DNA of 32,000 bases, from assembly GCF_003367075.2 (NCBI RefSeq), contig NZ_CP065936.1, positions 2,490,001 to 2,522,000 on the forward strand, read 5' to 3'. Below, piece after piece: positions 27,115 to 32,000 of this stretch (within the stretch, counting starts at the first letter, position 1; each line of letters opens with the position of its first letter). The notes beneath the pieces were generated by a model. The model had not been told where the DNA came from, did no database searches, and saw nothing but the letters and a program-made list of their open reading frames with translations. The position numbers were made by a program, and so were the translations under genes. The stretch comes from Cylindrospermopsis raciborskii Cr2010. Lineage in GTDB: Bacteria > Cyanobacteriota > Cyanobacteriia > Cyanobacteriales > Nostocaceae.

Positions 27115-27408
27115 ATGAGCTTTTCCGTACAATCACTTTACTCTTGGTATGGCAGTTTGATCCGTAAACCTAAGTACCGCTGGTGGGTAATTATGGGAAC
27201 TATTGTTTATTTGGTTAGTCCCATTGATATTGCCCCCGATTTTATCCCTGTTGTTGGTCAAATTGATGACTTGGTTTTATTAACATTATTGGTATCGGAA
27301 GTGTCTAAATTGGTTATTGAGGGCTGGAAGTCTTCTAAAGCTAAAACTAACTCCCCTATAAAGGATGTTGATTCAAAAGATGTGGTAATTGAGGTAACCA
27401 AACAATAA
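27115..27408 (+). CDS. DUF1232 (YkvA-like) small membrane protein
   Basis: Motif YLVSPIDIAPDFIPVVGQIDDLVLL is typical of DUF1232. Confidence 0.75.
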   Translation: MSFSVQSLYSWYGSLIRKPKYRWWVIMGTIVYLVSPIDIAPDFIPVVGQIDDLVLLTLLVSEVSKLVIEGWKSSKAKTNSPIKDVDSKDVVIEVTKQ

Positions 27409-28756
27409 AGCTGGTTCCCGGAAGAGAAGAGGATGCGCTATCAAATTCTACTGCAGGGCTGAAAACCTCTATTTCTCCCTGCATTTGTGCTATCAGTTGT
27501 TTGGCGATCGCCATTCCTAAACCTGTGCCGGGAATGTCAGTATTAGCTTGTACTCCTCTGTAATTTCTTTCACCCAAACGATCCAGATCCTCTTTGGGTA
27601 TACCCGGACCTGTATCGCTAATAGCTATACCCTGAAAGTCTGTATTTTTTTGTAGAGACTGAATGGAGATTTTTCCACCCACAGGGGTATATTTTATGGC
27701 ATTATCTATGATGTTACTGAAAACCTCTGTGAGTGCCTTAATATTGGCTTTTACTGGTGGTAAATGGTTGGGAATGTCTATTAAAAGTTGAATAGTTTTT
27801 TCCTGAGCTAGGACTTGTGCAGATGCTAGTAGGGGTAGTAGTATATCTTTTAAATGACAACTAGTAGGCTCTTCTCCCGTTCCTGGCAACAACAGCGGAG
27901 CTGTTTTCTGGGGAGATGCTTCCACTGTAAGTGCTAATCCTAGTGTGGGAATAGCTGTTGTGTCTCTGTTTTTTGAGTCTAAAACCTGATCAAAGTTTTG
28001 CAATAACTCCTGCAGGCGATCGCTTTGGTTGATAATATTTATGGCTACTTCCCTATTAGTATCATTAGATCTTAATCTTTTTAAAAGAAGTTTACCAAAA
28101 GTACGAATAGCAGTCAGAGGATTACGAAACTGATGTAAAAGATTATCTAGTAAGTCCCCCTGCTCCTTTTGTAAGGCTTTTTCCTGCTGTAGTTGGTGTT
28201 GTAACCAAACTTGACGCTGATCCAATATACAGGCGATCGCTAAAGTTGTAGCTATGCGGCGAACTTCTTCTTCTTCCACTTGTTTCCACTGACGATCTTC
28301 CCTTGCTGTCAAAAGCAGTCCCACCATTAAACCTTCATGTACCAGGGGTAATACAATTTGGTACTGTCCAAATAGATATTTATCTTCTAAGTTAAGGGAC
28401 TTATTATAATCACTAGTATAAGCACCAGTTGATTGGGGAGATGAGGGAATATAGTCTAATCTTGGTGCTAACAGTTTTTGATCTGGTAATGACAACACAT
28501 AACTAGAGTCGCTCAAATTTTCTAAATTGCCAAATTTGAGGTTGTTAACTTTTATTCTACCCACGTCCTGGGAATAATTTAATCGAGAAGCTTCTGGATA
28601 AACCAGAACGGGAATTAATAACCCTTCTCCACTGGGGTGGTCTACCAGTTCCTGTGTTAAGTAGACTACACTTGAAGACGCTCCCAGTCCCTGGGTTAAC
28701 AGTGATACTTGCTCTTGACATAGAGCAATAAAATCAGAACTGGCAGACATTAACAT
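27356..28756 (-). CDS. Soluble GAF-domain sensor histidine kinase, Hik2/CSK-like
   Basis: No TM segment. N-terminal GAF-like region, H-box LLHQFRNPLTAIRTFGKLL, N box NIIDNAIKYT, and G boxes DTGPGI and GTGLGMAI. The Hik2 assignment is from memory. Confidence 0.8.
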   Translation of the reverse strand: MLMSASSDFIALCQEQVSLLTQGLGASSSVVYLTQELVDHPSGEGLLIPVLVYPEASRLNYSQDVGRIKVNNLKFGNLENLSDSSYVLSLPDQKLLAPRLDYIPSSPQSTGAYTSDYNKSLNLEDKYLFGQYQIVLPLVHEGLMVGLLLTAREDRQWKQVEEEEVRRIATTLAIACILDQRQVWLQHQLQQEKALQKEQGDLLDNLLHQFRNPLTAIRTFGKLLLKRLRSNDTNREVAINIINQSDRLQELLQNFDQVLDSKNRDTTAIPTLGLALTVEASPQKTAPLLLPGTGEEPTSCHLKDILLPLLASAQVLAQEKTIQLLIDIPNHLPPVKANIKALTEVFSNIIDNAIKYTPVGGKISIQSLQKNTDFQGIAISDTGPGIPKEDLDRLGERNYRGVQANTDIPGTGLGMAIAKQLIAQMQGEIEVFSPAVEFDSASSSLPGTSFIVWLPQLPHLLNQHPL

Positions 28757-29143
28757 TTTTTGAAATTCACTGAATAAGTGTATAAATGCTACGGATGCCT
28801 ATCAACTATTTTGTAAGCATTTTGGCTAAAGCTATAACAGAAATTAGAATTTAGAGGTTATGTGTGTAAGCTAGTTATGTTTTATCAATGGGCGCCCTTT
28901 TGCCATCTTGTTTATTGGTATCCGTTACCTATTCTAATTCCTAATTGTTAAGTGAAGTGAATTTATCACCATTTATTATTTTATTACTATTTTAATATTA
29001 CTTCAGCTATCATATAACACCTTAACTACTACGATTTGCGTATTTATTAATATTTAATATACACAAGTTATTTTAAAATTACTGAGTAATTGATCCCAGT
29101 TGAGGAATAGATTGATAGAGATGTATCGAAAGGTTAAAAACCA

Positions 29144-29172
29144 TTGATTTTTTCTGGCAACCCGTATATAAT
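29144..29172 (+). promoter_or_regulatory. Near-consensus sigma-70-type promoter TTGATT-N17-TATAAT
   Basis: -35 at 29144..29149 and -10 at 29167..29172. The predicted transcript start would lie about 50 nt upstream of the TTG start at 29232. Confidence 0.55.
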
Positions 29173-29231
29173 TACCACGAGTTTTGTAGCTGTGACTACA
29201 ATCTTCTAGCTTGAAAGAGGAGGACAATAAG

Positions 29232-29552
29232 TTGGCAAGGAGACGTAAAAGAAAAAGCCGTCGTCGTCAGGAAGGACGACGGATTCTGGAAAATGTGCCT
29301 CAGTACAGCATAGAAAGCGGCGAAGACAAACCAGTGACAGCAGCGAGAAAGTTTATTCACGCTGAAGGTATCTTGCCTCCTGCCTTGCTATTAGTAAAAA
29401 GGAACGAACACACCACAGACCGTTATTTTTGGGCGGAAAAGGGTCTGTTTGGTGCTCAATACGTAGAAGAGAACCATTTTTTATTCCCTAGCTTGAGAAT
29501 GTTGGAAACTCCAGCTAGTGCAGAACAACTAGTGAATCTGGCAAATCGCTAG
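29232..29552 (+). CDS. Arginine-rich N-terminus protein, DUF3155-like
   Basis: GAGGAGG (29217..29223) lies 8 nt upstream of TTG 29232, whereas the ORF-track start at TTG 29211 would place that SD inside the ORF. Motifs ARRRKRKSRRRQEGRR and KRNEHTTDRYFWAEKG. The family name is from memory. Confidence 0.6.
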   Translation: MARRRKRKSRRRQEGRRILENVPQYSIESGEDKPVTAARKFIHAEGILPPALLLVKRNEHTTDRYFWAEKGLFGAQYVEENHFLFPSLRMLETPASAEQLVNLANR

Positions 29553-29616
29553 GTTCTGGAATGGTTTTTTTACGCATTCAACTTCTTACTTCTGACCCCA
29601 AAATCAATTAACTGGC

Positions 29617-29654
29617 AAAATTGAACAGTTGACGCAAAAATTCAATTTTTTTTT
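29617..29654 (+). terminator. AT-rich stem-loop plus T-tract downstream of the DUF3155-like gene
   Basis: AAAATTGAA (29617..29625) pairs with TTCAATTTT (29641..29649), followed by T5 (T9 run overall). The stem has only one G-C pair. Confidence 0.3.
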
Positions 29655-29852
29655 AGTTTGTGGCCGAACTGACAGTGGTGCTAATCAATTGGATAATTAA
29701 ACCTGGTACAGCAGAGAGTGACAACAAAATCAAGCGAAGGGTATGTTACTAAAATAACTGAGTTAAGTTGATTTCTTAGTAAGACCATTAATACAAAGTT
29801 TGTTATGTGCTCTCTGTTTTCCGGTTGGAAGTAGGTAATTGGTGTCAGGGTG

Positions 29853-30401
29853 TTAGGTTATCACATCGACAATTTTTACTTGTAAAGCTTTTACTTGTAA
29901 AGCCCTTTTTAACTCCGCGAGTTCATCTCGGTGAGCAGTGACAGTGATTATACTTGAGGGGTGTTGTTCATTTTGGCAAAACTCCATTTTGAGTAATACC
30001 TTCTCAATTCTTCCGGATTGGCGCCAGTAGAATATACCACTTAATGGTGCTACTAAAACCAAAAAAAATGGATTCTGACTGGAAAAAAGCTGGGCTAAAA
30101 CTAGTCCTAGACAAGCAAGACCTAGAGCAGCTAAAACAGTCAGAAACACAGCTAAAAACCAACTAGGTTGGACAAAGCCCTCGAAAATGACTTCCTTTTT
30201 TTCTGGATCTGCGGAAACCACTCGATAAGCACGGGATTGGAAATAGTCCTTGAGTTGACCCATCAGGATGGTTTCATCGTCTTCAGAGGCTATTTTTGCT
30301 TGTTCAGTGCGATCTTTGGTGGAAGCACGAATAAAGAAAAACAACCCCACAAGCAATAACAAGGTGAGGAGAAAGGTGGATGGAATGATAGCAGTATCCA
30401 T
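29853..30401 (-). CDS. CCB1-like protein (cofactor assembly of complex C subunit B, DUF3529)
   Basis: N-terminal TM helix followed by GLFFFIRASTKDRTE, and further TM helices. The assignment is from memory of cyanobacterial CCB1 orthologues. Confidence 0.6.
   Translation of the reverse strand: MDTAIIPSTFLLTLLLLVGLFFFIRASTKDRTEQAKIASEDDETILMGQLKDYFQSRAYRVVSADPEKKEVIFEGFVQPSWFLAVFLTVLAALGLACLGLVLAQLFSSQNPFFLVLVAPLSGIFYWRQSGRIEKVLLKMEFCQNEQHPSSIITVTAHRDELAELKRALQVKALQVKIVDVIT
29874..29903. repeat. Perfect 15-bp tandem duplication TTTTACTTGTAAAGC x2 inside the CCB1-like CDS
   Basis: Read directly from the sequence. It is in frame and encodes ALQVK-ALQVK six residues from the C-terminus. Confidence 0.9.
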
Positions 30402-30581
30402 GACTTTTATTTTTTTAAATGAATCCCACCTATTTATTATTAATGATTGTTGATCTATTCTGGAGTCAAACCAGTCAAGTGGGATTTTTGATAGTCACTA
30501 AGAGATAAGCTACTAGATCTATTGACTTTTATAGAAGTTTCTTAAAGAGTTTATTGATCCTACTATGGGAATTATTTAAAT

Positions 30582-31151
30582 ATGACGAAGGACTTGGAAA
30601 TGCAATCCACTAATATAAGAGCGATCGCCCAGATGTTTCGCTTAGCGGGTTGGATTAGTTTTTGGATACAACTAGTATTAGGTGTGATATCTGGGATAAT
30701 AGTATTGCTATATGCCTTTTTTAGTCAGAGACCGGGTAGTCCTAATAACAATCCGGGCACGGGATTTGGCATATTTTTGGCCGTATGTGGATTAATAGTT
30801 TTAGGTGCGGGTATTTATTTAGGTTACAGGTATACAAGAATTGGTAAACAACTGGACTCATCCAATCCTAGCAATCGTCCACGAAAACTAGAGAGTGTAC
30901 AGGTGATTAGACTAGGCGTATGGATTAATCTAGGAGGTATTTTAGTGACTTTATTAGGTGCTCAAGCAATTGTAGGCACATTGGTTGCCCGATCAATTTC
31001 CCCCCAAGCAGTTACAACCCAGCTATTTGATCCAAATCGAGTGATTAGCGGATTGGATATGTTAGTTGTTCAAGCGAACACCAATACAATTTCAGCTCAT
31101 TTTGCAGGGCTTGTTTGTTCACTGTTTTTACTAAATCGAATCACAAGATAG
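30582..31151 (+). CDS. DUF3611 / Tic21-like membrane protein
   Basis: FRLAGWISFWIQLVLGVISG and a four-TM profile. An alternative start exists at the ATG at 30600. Confidence 0.7.
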   Translation: MTKDLEMQSTNIRAIAQMFRLAGWISFWIQLVLGVISGIIVLLYAFFSQRPGSPNNNPGTGFGIFLAVCGLIVLGAGIYLGYRYTRIGKQLDSSNPSNRPRKLESVQVIRLGVWINLGGILVTLLGAQAIVGTLVARSISPQAVTTQLFDPNRVISGLDMLVVQANTNTISAHFAGLVCSLFLLNRITR

Positions 31152-31188
31152 TTGATCGAAAATTTTTCAATCTTTTTTGGAGTGATGA

Positions 31189-32000
<812 letters not shown>

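Noticed and set aside
28877-28951. A 24-codon ORF (MFYQWAPFCHLVYWYPLPILIPNC) in the AT-rich spacer, and a similar 24-codon ORF at 24328..24402.
   Set aside because: Neither has an SD at proper spacing or resembles known small photosystem or PatS-type peptides. No RGSGR-type motif was seen in the intergenic frames I read. Chance ORFs of this length are expected.

Overview
This window looks like ordinary core chromosome of a cyanobacterium, probably a filamentous Nostocales-type genome. The support is photosynthesis genes, 13 copies of the HIP1 octamer GCGATCGC counted by eye, heptamer micro-repeats and AT-rich spacers. All gene calls rest on motifs I recognise in the supplied translations; no database search was run. 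I call 38 protein genes. Two are absent from the ORF track: rpmH (44 aa, 10680..10814) and a 3'-truncated serS (31192..>32000). Main blocks, in order: a TonB-like protein; psbV-petE-petJ (three soluble lumenal electron carriers in tandem); accD, pilD, leuB and pntAA-pntAB-pntB; rpmH-rnpA-PH-domain-yidC-jag-yceD; a phytase-like protein and an MFS transporter; ugd-uxs; ndhS, a SEDS protein, mrp and hemF; a STAS protein, thf1 and exbB-exbD; a Hik2-like kinase; DUF3155-like, CCB1-like and Tic21-like genes; serS. I found no tRNA, rRNA, CRISPR array, IS/transposase, integrase, toxin-antitoxin or defence gene, and no convincing novel multi-gene system. The best leads are small-scale. (1) Inverted repeats sit in the spacers controlling the tandem petE/petJ pair. 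(2) A well-placed Shine-Dalgarno (SD) sequence precedes a 17-codon uORF that abuts the accD start. (3) A PH-domain membrane protein fills the slot between rnpA and yidC. (4) ExbD carries a TonB-like proline-rich tail and ExbB an acidic tail. (5) A possible structured RNA lies in the 300-bp convergent spacer at 29.6-29.8 kb. (6) Several homopolymer tracts and tandem duplications occur. All are hypotheses read from the sequence.
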